Source: a virus
Length of the DNA: 64,000 bases
Direction: 5' to 3' (one strand)
IMG/VR virus record: IMGVR_UViG_3300029258_002996
Below the pieces are notes generated by a model. The model was given only the letters and a program-made list of their open reading frames with translations. It was not told where the DNA came from and searched no databases. Shown here piece by piece: positions 39,005 to 48,556 of the stretch. The stretch's first letter is position 1; every line of letters begins with the position of its first letter. A program made the translations under genes and the position numbers.

Positions 39005-41322
39005 TAATCTGACGGTGGAAGTGTCCGCTCCTTGTGTTTGATATCCGCCTGGGCGATTGCTTCAGAAGATATGACCACTTCGGCACGCCGAGGGTTTGCC
39101 ATGATTTCGCGCTCTTTGGCGTTGGCTAACGGTTCTGGCTTGGCCCGCTCTTGGTCACGCACTGCCTTGACTTCGGAACCGCGAGGCATTCCAGGATGCT
39201 TCGGAGGCGGTTCGCTTTCTTCCGTAGCCGAGTCCGGAGGAGCTACCGCAGGGGGTTCCGGGGTCGCAGACTCGGGGATCCGTTTACCTACGGTCCCCGC
39301 AGCTCCGGTCGCAAGCCCTTTCGCCGCTCTCCAGGCACCTTTGAACAGTTCAATTGGGCTTCCGGACGTACCGCGACCCACAACTCTCGGAGTCGTCGGC
39401 TGATCTTCCCTACGAGGTCCTTCAAGGTTTCCACTCGCAGCTCGTTTCAATATATCCAGCGGACCGCCTAGAGCCTCTGAGACTGATCCCGGAACTTCTT
39501 CCAGCCCTTCCATTGCCTGGACGACTCCCTCCCCCAAAGTTCCGACGAGCATTTTCATCTCGTCACCGATCTTCGTCAGCTCCCGATTCCCCTCTTCCCC
39601 TCCCCTTAAAGTAGCGCTGATAAGACGAGGCAACGAAGTGATGCCTACCGTCAGGATAGCCAAAATTGAAGTCAAAACCTTCAAAAGACCGTTCCCAACC
39701 CCAGCCAAAGCGTTGATAAGCTTCCTTTCCGTCTGTTCCAACGTGGAAACCGCTTTTCTATTGATCTCGAACGCCTGCTGAACTGCGCGCTTCTGTTCCG
39801 GAGCAAGCTTTTGAAAATCGTTGTACTTCTTGAGTTCCTCCCGCGCATCCAGCAACGTAGCTGCTGTCTGGGTCTGCATGCCTTGGTTTTCCAAAAACAA
39901 GATAGCTTCGGAACGACCACGACCCTCCAGAGCCCACGCGGTAAGGTGCATGGTCGCTTCGACAAGGAAACCTTCGTCCTCACCGCGAGCAGCTCGGGCA
40001 GCCCCCTCCTCGTACTTTACGAATGCTGCATGCGCCTCCATGCCAGGGAACATCCGACGCGCTAGCTCAAGCTTGGAACTACTGCCAAGGTTGGCTACGG
40101 CGCCCGTGTAGTTATCTACAAACCGAGCTGCCATTTCCCCAGCATGCTGCGGATGGAGTCCCATTCGGCGATAGTGCCGCTCGATATTCACCATAATGTT
40201 CGCAACATCACGAACGTCGATACCGTATTGCTGCATCGCCGAAGCACCGGACATCACCGCGTTGATGAACTTGTCGATTCCGGCCCCGCTGCGCTGCGCA
40301 GCCATCCCGAAACCGATGTAATCCTTAGTCGCCTTCTCCAACGTGTCACCGTAGTCAGAAACCAAGGTAATCACGTTTGACATCGCAGTACCCTGAGCCC
40401 TGTGGAGATGGGCATCCAGCGCCATTGTGGCAACTACGGCATTCTGACCAACGTACCCCAAGTCTTCGCTAATTCTTTTTTCGAAATCCTCGCGTCGATA
40501 TCCAGCTTGCGCCATCTGACTGACAACGCCCTGCGTTTCTTCCTTGCTGATCCCGTAAAACCACTGAGCGTGTTCTTGAAAAGCACTGAACCATCCAATG
40601 GTTTTTTCGAGAGACCCCGGGCCTGAAAGTCGCTCACCGGTAGCTTCCAGTACGTTGGCCATTTCCCCGCGTTGCGCGGTGAGGCGCGCGTCCTCTTTCC
40701 TACCCAAAATCATCCAGTTGATGAGCGTGCCGATGACTCCCCCACCGACCCCTGGAATGTTACTCAAGAGACTTCCAAGAGACTGTTTCAGCCCCTTCAA
40801 TTCACTTTCCGCGTACTGTAAGAGTTGCGCAACACCTTTTTTGAACACTTCCAGCTCGTCTTTCAACGTGCGCTTCATCTCTTTGTGCTGCTGCTCGACT
40901 TCGGACATCGTGGCACGCGCCACATCCGCCATCTCCAGGACTGCCTTGATTTCTTTCGAGACGCGCTGAAGCTCCGGAGGAGTCCCGACGCCTGCTTCGC
41001 CGCCAACCTGGATCCCAGACAAGCGACTCATGTTGGCGGCTACGGTTTCGCTCTGCCTAGAAAGATTTTCAAGATTTCGGACCGTGGAGCCCATGCCTCG
41101 CTGAATCGATTGAGCCGATTGATCCAGTTGCGGAATCATGGTTTGCAGAGAGGCTGAAACTCCTTCTGTGGATTGTCTGAGAGCTTGCGTATCGGTGGTC
41201 GCAGCGTTCACTACCTCACGCACTGCCATGCCGAAATCGGTATAGTCCCGCGTCAGCTCGTTGATCTGATTATCGAACTCAGAAAAATCAAACGAAAGCA
41301 GATAGTCTTTGGCAACCGCCAT
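39004..41322 (-). CDS. Tape-measure-like protein 1
   Basis: Helical, 772 aa, directly after the chaperone frameshift product; GEMANVL, FQEHAQWFY, HYRRMGL. Confidence 0.68.
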   Translation of the reverse strand: MAVAKDYLLSFDFSEFDNQINELTRDYTDFGMAVREVVNAATTDTQALRQSTEGVSASLQTMIPQLDQSAQSIQRGMGSTVRNLENLSRQSETVAANMSRLSGIQVGGEAGVGTPPELQRVSKEIKAVLEMADVARATMSEVEQQHKEMKRTLKDELEVFKKGVAQLLQYAESELKGLKQSLGSLLSNIPGVGGGVIGTLINWMILGRKEDARLTAQRGEMANVLEATGERLSGPGSLEKTIGWFSAFQEHAQWFYGISKEETQGVVSQMAQAGYRREDFEKRISEDLGYVGQNAVVATMALDAHLHRAQGTAMSNVITLVSDYGDTLEKATKDYIGFGMAAQRSGAGIDKFINAVMSGASAMQQYGIDVRDVANIMVNIERHYRRMGLHPQHAGEMAARFVDNYTGAVANLGSSSKLELARRMFPGMEAHAAFVKYEEGAARAARGEDEGFLVEATMHLTAWALEGRGRSEAILFLENQGMQTQTAATLLDAREELKKYNDFQKLAPEQKRAVQQAFEINRKAVSTLEQTERKLINALAGVGNGLLKVLTSILAILTVGITSLPRLISATLRGGEEGNRELTKIGDEMKMLVGTLGEGVVQAMEGLEEVPGSVSEALGGPLDILKRAASGNLEGPRREDQPTTPRVVGRGTSGSPIELFKGAWRAAKGLATGAAGTVGKRIPESATPEPPAVAPPDSATEESEPPPKHPGMPRGSEVKAVRDQERAKPEPLANAKEREIMANPRRAEVVISSEAIAQADIKHKERTLPPSD

Positions 41323-41323
41323 T

Positions 41324-42148
41324 TCAGTCCGTTTCGATTACAACGCGGCTTCGCTTGCGCTTCGCCGGAATTTCATCCAAGGAACCTTCGGATTCGATCC
41401 TCACGGGGATCTCCTCGGTTTCTCCTACATCTTTCTTTCGTTTCGCCTCCTCGCGAAGCTCTCTTCTAGCTTGTCCGATGGTTCGGGCTCTTCTCGGCAT
41501 CAGATCAATCTGCTCGGCATCGAGATCTTCCTTCGACACCACGAGACTCTCCAGCATCTTCTGCATCATGGGATCCCCCCAAGAAAGAGATTCCTGAAGC
41601 TCGTCAGGCTCGTTATCAAATTGGATATCACCTTCAGCCATGAAGGCTTCTAACTCTTCAGGAGTCAACTCCGGTTCCGATTCTCGGTCGGTTACAAATT
41701 CGGAGCCTTCGACTTCGAGATCCTGACGGACTTGTTCTTGGGTATGGTACTCCCCTTGCTTTTTGAGGATTCCAGCCACTACGTCCTCGCGACCCATTCC
41801 CAGCATCAACGGGAGATACTCACCTTCCTGCGGCAAGCGCAGTAGTCCCGTATGAGGGTCCTCGACCGGCATCAAGTTGACCCCGAGAACGGAAATAACC
41901 TCGTCTCGAACCGCATCCATGATGGCCTTCATCTCGTCGTATCTGCGCTCCTCGTTCCTCTGAATCGCAGCGTCTTCGAACGCCCACTGCGTTTCATTCA
42001 TGTTCCTCAACCGAGGATCCCCTATCGGGATGTTTCGCTGCGTCAAGATCTGCGCCTTGATCTGCAAATGCGAAACTATTTTTCTCCAGAAGGGGAAAGT
42101 TCGGTCCCAGAGGGGTCGATACCCTCGTCCGAACTCTCCCCGGAGGAT
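41324..42148 (-). CDS. C-terminal (gpT-like) part of tail assembly chaperone, reached by -1 frameshift
   Basis: Frame is -1 relative to 42076..42612 and reads KKILRGEFGRGY from the A7 run. Confidence 0.8.
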   Translation of the reverse strand: MLRGEFGRGYRPLWDRTFPFWRKIVSHLQIKAQILTQRNIPIGDPRLRNMNETQWAFEDAAIQRNEERRYDEMKAIMDAVRDEVISVLGVNLMPVEDPHTGLLRLPQEGEYLPLMLGMGREDVVAGILKKQGEYHTQEQVRQDLEVEGSEFVTDRESEPELTPEELEAFMAEGDIQFDNEPDELQESLSWGDPMMQKMLESLVVSKEDLDAEQIDLMPRRARTIGQARRELREEAKRKKDVGETEEIPVRIESEGSLDEIPAKRKRSRVVIETD

Positions 42149-42612
42149 TTTTTTAACGCATCCTGAGCGTTCGACCTGCGGTCCTCCATCCTCTGCCACT
42201 CATCCCACAAGTCCGAAATGACTTCTGGAAAACGGTCCGCGAGGAACTTCATCAGGTGTTCCGCCGTGAAGTACTTCGCAGAGTACGGCCCCTTTCCCTC
42301 CACGATCTCAAGCGCCCTCCGGCTCTCCTCGGTTGCGTCCCATTCCTCTCGAAAGAATTCGAAAACGGGAGTGCCGTTGATCTGTCGAATTCCGATTGCC
42401 AACGTAGGGAGCCGCCACGAGCTAACGGCGCTCAGCTTCGAGCCGAGATTGATGTAGCCGTTTCTCCAGTTCGACTCCTCTTCGTTGAGCAGCCGCATCT
42501 TGAACTCGAAGCCTTTCACGTTGCAGGTGTGCTCGATGGTCTCGCCGTCCAGTTCCTTGGCAAGATCCATCAGGACTTGTTTCGGATTTACGTTTTTCTG
42601 TTCGGTAGACAT
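42076..42612 (-). CDS. Tail assembly chaperone (gpG-like)
   Basis: Between tube and tape measure; carries slippery site. Confidence 0.8.
   Translation of the reverse strand: MSTEQKNVNPKQVLMDLAKELDGETIEHTCNVKGFEFKMRLLNEEESNWRNGYINLGSKLSAVSSWRLPTLAIGIRQINGTPVFEFFREEWDATEESRRALEIVEGKGPYSAKYFTAEHLMKFLADRFPEVISDLWDEWQRMEDRRSNAQDALKKSSGESSDEGIDPSGTELSPSGEK
42148..42156 (-). other. Programmed -1 ribosomal frameshift site
   Basis: TTA AAA AAA (A-AAA-AAA heptamer) in frame in the chaperone gene, within the ORF overlap. Confidence 0.8.
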
Positions 42613-42615
42613 GGG

Positions 42616-42650
42616 GCTTTCGCTCCTCTCTCCCGCAATGCGGGGTAAAA
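42616..42650 (-). promoter_or_regulatory. Conserved double-hairpin leader element, copy 2
   Basis: TTTTACCCCGC-ATT-GCGGGAGA-GAG-GAGCGAAAGC; matches 54002..54036 and overlaps the GAGGAG RBS of the chaperone gene. Confidence 0.65.
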
Positions 42651-42657
42651 CGGGTTT

Positions 42658-43263
42658 TTAAATAGGTCTAACTTTTGTATAGTTCAGTGTTGCGTTCACC
42701 ATCACTATTCGGTCGCCCTGCGCTGACAAATTACGACCGATCTGAGAAAACCAGCATCCCGAATACCACCACTTTTCAACCTCAAAATCTCCGGTGCCGG
42801 TCTCTATCTTTTCGATTTTTTCATCGGTAAGTCCGACGAAATTCAAAGCCTTGATCTGCCCTTCTCCTATTTTGTCAACCACGTCAGAAGTTTTATTGCC
42901 CAATTTGTCCAGCCAAGGAAAGGACCATTTGATACCGACATCCCCCACATAGCGGATCCACTTCTCCTCCACGTCGAAAGGGTTGTGCTGGTTCGTGAGC
43001 ATCCAGTAGGCATTCGGGTTTCCCCACACCTCCTCCATTTTCGCCCTATACAGATCGTATCGGGAAACTTGGATGGTGAGGTTCGTAGCCGTCGCGGGAA
43101 CTTGCTCAAGGGGGTTACCTACTCCGACTGCGTCGATCTCGTACAGAGGAGCCACTCCGCGAGATTGACTCGGAGCCCAGGTCTGGATCTGACCGATGGT
43201 GTAACCGCCAGCTCGAATGGATACGGCATGACTGGTACGAACCGTAGTTTCCGGGACTGGCAT
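42658..43263 (-). CDS. Tail tube paralog 2 (with insertion)
   Basis: Shares RTSHAV, IGQIQTWAP, IQVSRYDL, GCWFSQIGRNL, QGDRIVMVNATLNY with the upstream tube gene. Confidence 0.75.
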   Translation of the reverse strand: MPVPETTVRTSHAVSIRAGGYTIGQIQTWAPSQSRGVAPLYEIDAVGVGNPLEQVPATATNLTIQVSRYDLYRAKMEEVWGNPNAYWMLTNQHNPFDVEEKWIRYVGDVGIKWSFPWLDKLGNKTSDVVDKIGEGQIKALNFVGLTDEKIEKIETGTGDFEVEKWWYSGCWFSQIGRNLSAQGDRIVMVNATLNYTKVRPI

Positions 43264-43267
43264 TTCG

Positions 43268-43720
43268 TTATGCGGTCTGTTTGATCCGCACGTAGTTGAG
43301 AGTCGCGTTCACCATCACGATTCGATCACCCTGCGCTTGCAGGTTTCTACCGATCTGGGAAAACCAGCACCCTATGTACTCATATTTCTCAGGAGACCCG
43401 CTAGGATTCACCCACTTCTCCGTAATAGTGAGGGGGTTCGACTGTCGAGAGAGCATATTGAGGTCCGGGTTCCCCCAAATCTCCTCCATCTTCGCAGAAA
43501 ACAAATCATAGCGACTAACCTGAATCGTAAGACCGGTGATGTTCCCGGGTACGTTCTCAGTCACTTCGCCAGAAGTCTGCGCCTTCAACTCATATGCAGG
43601 TGTGATCGTCCGGGACTGGTTTGGAGCCCACGTTTGGATCTGTCCAATAACGTATGAATTGTACTGGATGGTGACCGCATGGCTCGTCCGAATGTTTGTT
43701 GCCGGAATTGGGAATGTCAT
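43268..43720 (-). CDS. Major tail tube protein
   Basis: 150 aa directly after sheath, strong GGAGG RBS. Confidence 0.8.
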   Translation of the reverse strand: MTFPIPATNIRTSHAVTIQYNSYVIGQIQTWAPNQSRTITPAYELKAQTSGEVTENVPGNITGLTIQVSRYDLFSAKMEEIWGNPDLNMLSRQSNPLTITEKWVNPSGSPEKYEYIGCWFSQIGRNLQAQGDRIVMVNATLNYVRIKQTA

Positions 43721-43745
43721 TTAAATTCCTCCTCCCTTTCTCAGC

Positions 43746-46232
43746 TTACGCGGGGCTGAAGAAGGGGTTGTCGACGCTGTACTCGCCGAAGAATCGTTTC
43801 GCCGGGTAACGCAAGTTAAACCAGTACTTGAAGTAGAAGTTCCTCGGGTCCGTGGTGCTTTGCGCCACCTGAATGTCAGTCAGCGCATCGATTTCTCGCG
43901 GGAAGCCCGCCTGATCTCGGTACGGTCCAATCGAACCGGCGTTGATGTTCGCTTCGATTCCGAGAAGAATCCACTTCTTCGTATCGGAAATAAAGTCCGC
44001 CAGATCATCCGGAACCACCCCGACCATGTTCGCAGTGAGAAGATTCTCCACCGTCTTGGAAACCGCGTCCTTCTGGGCGGAAGCCGCAGGCTCCTCGAAC
44101 TGAACCACTCCGCCGCCACCGGCTTCCGTGGTAAGCGGGTCGAGCATGACGAATCGACCTGCCTGGAGCGTGATAACAGTGACTCCCTGACTGGCCATCG
44201 TATGACGCTCGCCGCGCAAGAAGGTGCTGAAACCGTCTTCCTCGAAGCCGGTGATGGTCTTGTTGATGAGCGGGCTCGCGGGGCTCGGAAGCGCCGTGAA
44301 CACCGAAGCCACCGCAGCCGCGATGTAGGAACCGTCGAGGTCCACACTGACTTCCTGACCGCTGTCCAACGTCAGGGTTCTCGTAGCGTTGCCACCGGCG
44401 ACCAGGATCTGACGACCACGTCCCGGGGAAGTCGCGCCCGGCTGCAAGGTCTGAGTCGACCTGTACACGAAGGTATCCGGCGTGTCGGGATCGCCAGGAT
44501 CCGTGTCCCGAGCCATCCCATACCAGCCGCGCCGATAGTGTTTCTCCAAAATTGAAGACTGGGTAGAGACGTGATTCATCAGGTAGACCGCAATCTCCTG
44601 AGAAGTATCGAGCACGACCACGTCCGTTATCTGCGCAGTCTCCTCGCAGACATCGATTGCGCGACGGATCTGGTTCAACGTGGGCTGACCCTCAACCGTC
44701 TGATCGTTGACTTGGACCACGAAAATCGAAGGAGTGGCATTTTCGAATGCGATCTCTCCAGCCACACAGAGGGCGTTTCTCGTGTAGTTGTCCAGCGTCA
44801 ATGGAGACGTGTACTCGTAGAGCTGATCCGGGTCGTAGCACCGATGGTAAGTTTCGTAATCGGCGGAAGGTCGCTGGTAGTCGTAGGTTGCGTAGTAGCC
44901 AGTCCCAAAATCAGGACGTTCTCCGACGCCACGGACCTCGTAAGGCAACGTAATCGCGCCGAACAACGTCGCAAAAGCATTGTCCGAAGTATCCAGGAAA
45001 TCGAAGGAGCTGGCCGCACCCTTCTCGGTCGGGAAGTTTTCGAACGGATCCGGAACATCGAGCTTGACCGCGCCGCCAGAATCTGATGCCACATGCGCAT
45101 ACTCGGGACCGTAATCCGCCGAAGCCGCCAACGCCGTATTGATGTCGGTGGCTATATTCGCTGCGGTTTGAGCAGCGCCAGCGGTCAACGTGATCAGAAT
45201 CGGGGAATTGTCGTTGATCGCCAGGTAGAGCTTATCGTTCGTGCTCGCAACGATGGCGTAGGGACCTGCAATACCGGTGATCGTCGAATTCGCCCATGTC
45301 GAGGAACTCCACTCGATATTGTTACCGCTCGCCTGGTAGTCCACACTCTTCTCGTAGCTGCTGCCCCCAGGATACGAGCTGACACGAGCCAAGTTGACCA
45401 GCGGATCGGTCGCGGTGGCATTGGCCAAGGGATCAGTCAATCCGTCAATCGCCACGTAGTCGAGCGTGTAGACCGCAGTAGAGTTGTACGCTTCGTCGCG
45501 CACCTGAATCCAACTGTCCGCCTGAACGCCCGCAGACGCCGTGGGAACCCACGCAGCGTTCGAAATCAGCGACGCACCGTCCGCCGTCCGAGACAGAAGA
45601 ACCTTTACGTCCGAAGCGGACGTGCTATCCGGAGACGTAATCGTGATGATCTCGTTTGCGGTACCCGTCGCGTGAGTCGCCACGTTCGCATAGGCCGCGC
45701 CGTACTTGCTGTAGTAAGTACCTGCGCTGTTACCCAGCTCGTAGTTGATGGCGTCACAGATGTTGGTCGCCGAAGCCGTCGCCGGAGTACCACCGACAGC
45801 AGTCACCGCCGCATCCATGTCGATAGTGACTACATCCTTGCCGTCGAGGGACAGCGTGAAGTACCGGTCGGTGCCCGTACCGCTCGAAACGTCGATAGTC
45901 GCACCAGCCCACTCGTTGCCCGTCAAATACGCGGGCAGGAACCACCAATCCGCGATCCCTAAAGAGTTTCCATTCATGTAGAGAGTCGCGTTGTTCCTGT
46001 CTCGATTCGACATGTTCACGAGCTGCGCGATATACGGGGTCGAAGCCGCGAGCGACAAAGTCTCCGCGAAAATCTTGCCGCGAACTACGGGCTCGTCCGT
46101 GGAACGACGGGTGCGCGGAGCGATTCCCACAATCGCGAGAACGCGATCCGAGGTGACAGACACGGAACCTGGCTGAATTACTTCTCCAATGTAGGTTCCG
46201 GGATCAACATATCGGGAAATCTCAATAGCCAT
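43746..46232 (-). CDS. Contractile tail sheath protein
   Basis: N-term YVDPGTYIGE; C-term YIAAAVA, GVTVI, DPLTT, FNLRYPAKRF; 828 aa. Confidence 0.88.
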   Translation of the reverse strand: MAIEISRYVDPGTYIGEVIQPGSVSVTSDRVLAIVGIAPRTRRSTDEPVVRGKIFAETLSLAASTPYIAQLVNMSNRDRNNATLYMNGNSLGIADWWFLPAYLTGNEWAGATIDVSSGTGTDRYFTLSLDGKDVVTIDMDAAVTAVGGTPATASATNICDAINYELGNSAGTYYSKYGAAYANVATHATGTANEIITITSPDSTSASDVKVLLSRTADGASLISNAAWVPTASAGVQADSWIQVRDEAYNSTAVYTLDYVAIDGLTDPLANATATDPLVNLARVSSYPGGSSYEKSVDYQASGNNIEWSSSTWANSTITGIAGPYAIVASTNDKLYLAINDNSPILITLTAGAAQTAANIATDINTALAASADYGPEYAHVASDSGGAVKLDVPDPFENFPTEKGAASSFDFLDTSDNAFATLFGAITLPYEVRGVGERPDFGTGYYATYDYQRPSADYETYHRCYDPDQLYEYTSPLTLDNYTRNALCVAGEIAFENATPSIFVVQVNDQTVEGQPTLNQIRRAIDVCEETAQITDVVVLDTSQEIAVYLMNHVSTQSSILEKHYRRGWYGMARDTDPGDPDTPDTFVYRSTQTLQPGATSPGRGRQILVAGGNATRTLTLDSGQEVSVDLDGSYIAAAVASVFTALPSPASPLINKTITGFEEDGFSTFLRGERHTMASQGVTVITLQAGRFVMLDPLTTEAGGGGVVQFEEPAASAQKDAVSKTVENLLTANMVGVVPDDLADFISDTKKWILLGIEANINAGSIGPYRDQAGFPREIDALTDIQVAQSTTDPRNFYFKYWFNLRYPAKRFFGEYSVDNPFFSPA

Positions 46233-46255
46233 AGAAATCCTCCTTGAATCTCGAA

Positions 46256-46285
46256 ATATTATAGAAGAGTCGATGTTGGAAAATT
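46256..46285 (-). promoter_or_regulatory. Candidate late promoter (sheath operon)
   Basis: AATTTTCCAA-10 nt-TCTATAATAT; both blocks identical to 59081..59111. Confidence 0.6.
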
Positions 46286-46298
46286 TAAAACGAGGAAA

Positions 46299-47450
46299 CT
46301 ATCTGTTGTTTTCGTTTCGATAGTTGGTTCCCGGATAATCTCCGTCTGGAAGCAGATCATTCTGGGTCACCGATTGTACGATCTGAGCATCCCGATTTAT
46401 GAAATCGGCAGCAATCATCGGCACCGATCCCCGAATGGAGTGTACCTGCTCTTTCTGCTCTCCGCCTTGACGCGGCGTGTGGTACTCCCCAGCCCACGAA
46501 AACTCCCCCTTCAAGATCAACTGGTACCACTCAGGAGGGTCGAGCAAATGATCTTGATACGACCTTCCAAGTATTTGAAAATATTGGCGCTCCATGTAGA
46601 AAGTAAAAAAACTTCGAACCAGATCCGCCACTTCGGTTCGCTCATTCAAATCATCAGTCACCACATCGAGATTAATCACCACATCCCCGGCCATCCAGTA
46701 CCGTTTCTTGGGGGGATTCTGAATGTAATTCGAAGATTCGCTTTTCTGACCCACTGCGAACCCCAAAACATTCAAACATTCCGGGGTGCCACCTGTAATC
46801 TCAATAGAGTTCGGGATGCCGGGAGCCGCAGGACCACCGGCAGAAAGTTGCAAGAAATTATAAGCACTTACAGAAGCTCTGCTATACAAAGCTTGAACGT
46901 TTACAGCATTTGCTACCTGCTCCGTCGTCGAATTTCCAATGATGGGGAGCATAACGCTGCTAAAGAGAATGGTAGTAGGTTGAATTGCGGACCCATCTCC
47001 GACAGGATCCGTCTGATATTCCAACGTCCAGCCGTCCTGCAATGCATACGGACCTGAATTAGACGAAACAATCGTCGGTATGAACTGCCCGATAGCCGCC
47101 AAGTTGTGTCCAATCCCGAGTCTCTTTTCTCGATCACTGGCCGACGTGATCGCAACCATCGGAAATCTATCGGGTGTATCGCCCCTAGACATGATCAGAT
47201 TGATCACCGTAGACATGCTCGCCGCGAGCGATCCTCCGCTATCGTGAGCAAACTTCTCTATGGTGGGTATTTCCCTAATTTTCGCCCGAATGTCGTCCGA
47301 CCTATAATCAAAAAATCGACGAAGCTCTGAAGCCACCGCATCTTTCGCGGTTTCGATGAGCTGCCCGAAGCGCGGCGGGTCGTCGGAATCGAAAGGCTCC
47401 GCAGAACGGTATGATCGGCTTCCTGTGAAATCGTTGATCGTCATCACCAA
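46299..47450 (-). CDS. Tail completion/terminator-like protein
   Basis: FPMVAIT...INLDVVTDDLNERTEVADLV; position before sheath. Confidence 0.55.
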   Translation of the reverse strand: MVMTINDFTGSRSYRSAEPFDSDDPPRFGQLIETAKDAVASELRRFFDYRSDDIRAKIREIPTIEKFAHDSGGSLAASMSTVINLIMSRGDTPDRFPMVAITSASDREKRLGIGHNLAAIGQFIPTIVSSNSGPYALQDGWTLEYQTDPVGDGSAIQPTTILFSSVMLPIIGNSTTEQVANAVNVQALYSRASVSAYNFLQLSAGGPAAPGIPNSIEITGGTPECLNVLGFAVGQKSESSNYIQNPPKKRYWMAGDVVINLDVVTDDLNERTEVADLVRSFFTFYMERQYFQILGRSYQDHLLDPPEWYQLILKGEFSWAGEYHTPRQGGEQKEQVHSIRGSVPMIAADFINRDAQIVQSVTQNDLLPDGDYPGTNYRNENNR

Positions 47451-48556
47451 ATCTCCGCCAGCGGACCCACCGGGTCCACAATCCGAATCTGGAAATTTTG
47501 AGAGACGACAATCTCTCCAAATGGGTCAGAGCTTTGCCAATTCGTGGTCAAGTACCGACTGCCTACACGGGCTCCGTCGAGAATCTCGAACATCGCGTCA
47601 GGGCCGAGAATCAGCTCTTGACGACTTCCAGTTTCGATGGAGGGATCGAACAGGCTCAATCCCGCTGTCCAGAGGGTCAACCCATCTTCAACCGAAATCG
47701 AACCGTAGTCCTGCTTGTGAAAACCTGTTTTCGGCGGTCCACGCATGATGAGAAGCCACGGTCCTTTTTGATAACCGCCATCGGCTTTCTGACCCTCCAC
47801 AGGAATCCTGGAATACCTCGCGCGAACAATGTCAAAAAGAGGCGAAAGGACGTTCGCGTCATCTCTCGACAGAGTTGCGCGGAATCGGATCGTTCCCGAA
47901 CCTACAGGATTCGTCGTCGGCAACGTCGAGATGTCGCTCCAGCTTCCCCCCGAATCCGTCGAGTACTCAACAGATACGCTCGACTCGGCCTCCTCACGGA
48001 GATAGTAAAGAGACTGCTGCTCCCAAGCGGATCCGAAAGCCGTCCGATCAAAAGATTTGTCTCCGCTTTCGAGAGTGCCCGTGGTTGCGCCCTCGGTCAG
48101 CTCGACCTTCGAAGATTTGAACTGAGTTGGCCGAAGGTTCGTAAGAGTCACGTCGGCATCGACGGTCGACATGAACAGCGTGTGATAGCCGAACTTGTAA
48201 TAGCCGGGAACCACTCCAACCCCGTAGCAGGCATTGCACTTCCGATCCGCAGAGATGTTCGACTTCTTGTAGCAACCGCACTTTACGTGCTCGGTGACGT
48301 TGAGCTGCCCCGTGTAGTCTCCCTGGACCGCGTTGTTGTTGCTGAGATCTACAATCAGTTCATCATTGCCCGCGCCCTGCCAAAACGATGCCCGGAACGA
48401 TTGGGCGAGGATTTGGTCTTCGAGTAGGGCGCGTTCTCGTTCGAGTTTCTGGGCGGCTTGGATCTCGCGGTACACGGATCGACCCCAGTATCCGACCGCC
48501 ATGTGGGCTCCTGGAACCTTACAACCCTTGTTCCTATCTTCCGGTCCACAGCTCAT
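47444..48556 (-). CDS. Neck / head-closure protein
   Basis: CGCY...CNACYGVG...GY Cys motif; neck position. Confidence 0.55.
   Translation of the reverse strand: MSCGPEDRNKGCKVPGAHMAVGYWGRSVYREIQAAQKLERERALLEDQILAQSFRASFWQGAGNDELIVDLSNNNAVQGDYTGQLNVTEHVKCGCYKKSNISADRKCNACYGVGVVPGYYKFGYHTLFMSTVDADVTLTNLRPTQFKSSKVELTEGATTGTLESGDKSFDRTAFGSAWEQQSLYYLREEAESSVSVEYSTDSGGSWSDISTLPTTNPVGSGTIRFRATLSRDDANVLSPLFDIVRARYSRIPVEGQKADGGYQKGPWLLIMRGPPKTGFHKQDYGSISVEDGLTLWTAGLSLFDPSIETGSRQELILGPDAMFEILDGARVGSRYLTTNWQSSDPFGEIVVSQNFQIRIVDPVGPLAEIW

Noticed and set aside
26600-46232. Extracellular contractile injection system or tailocin
   Set aside because: Portal, protease, capsid and replication genes are contiguous, so this is a phage.
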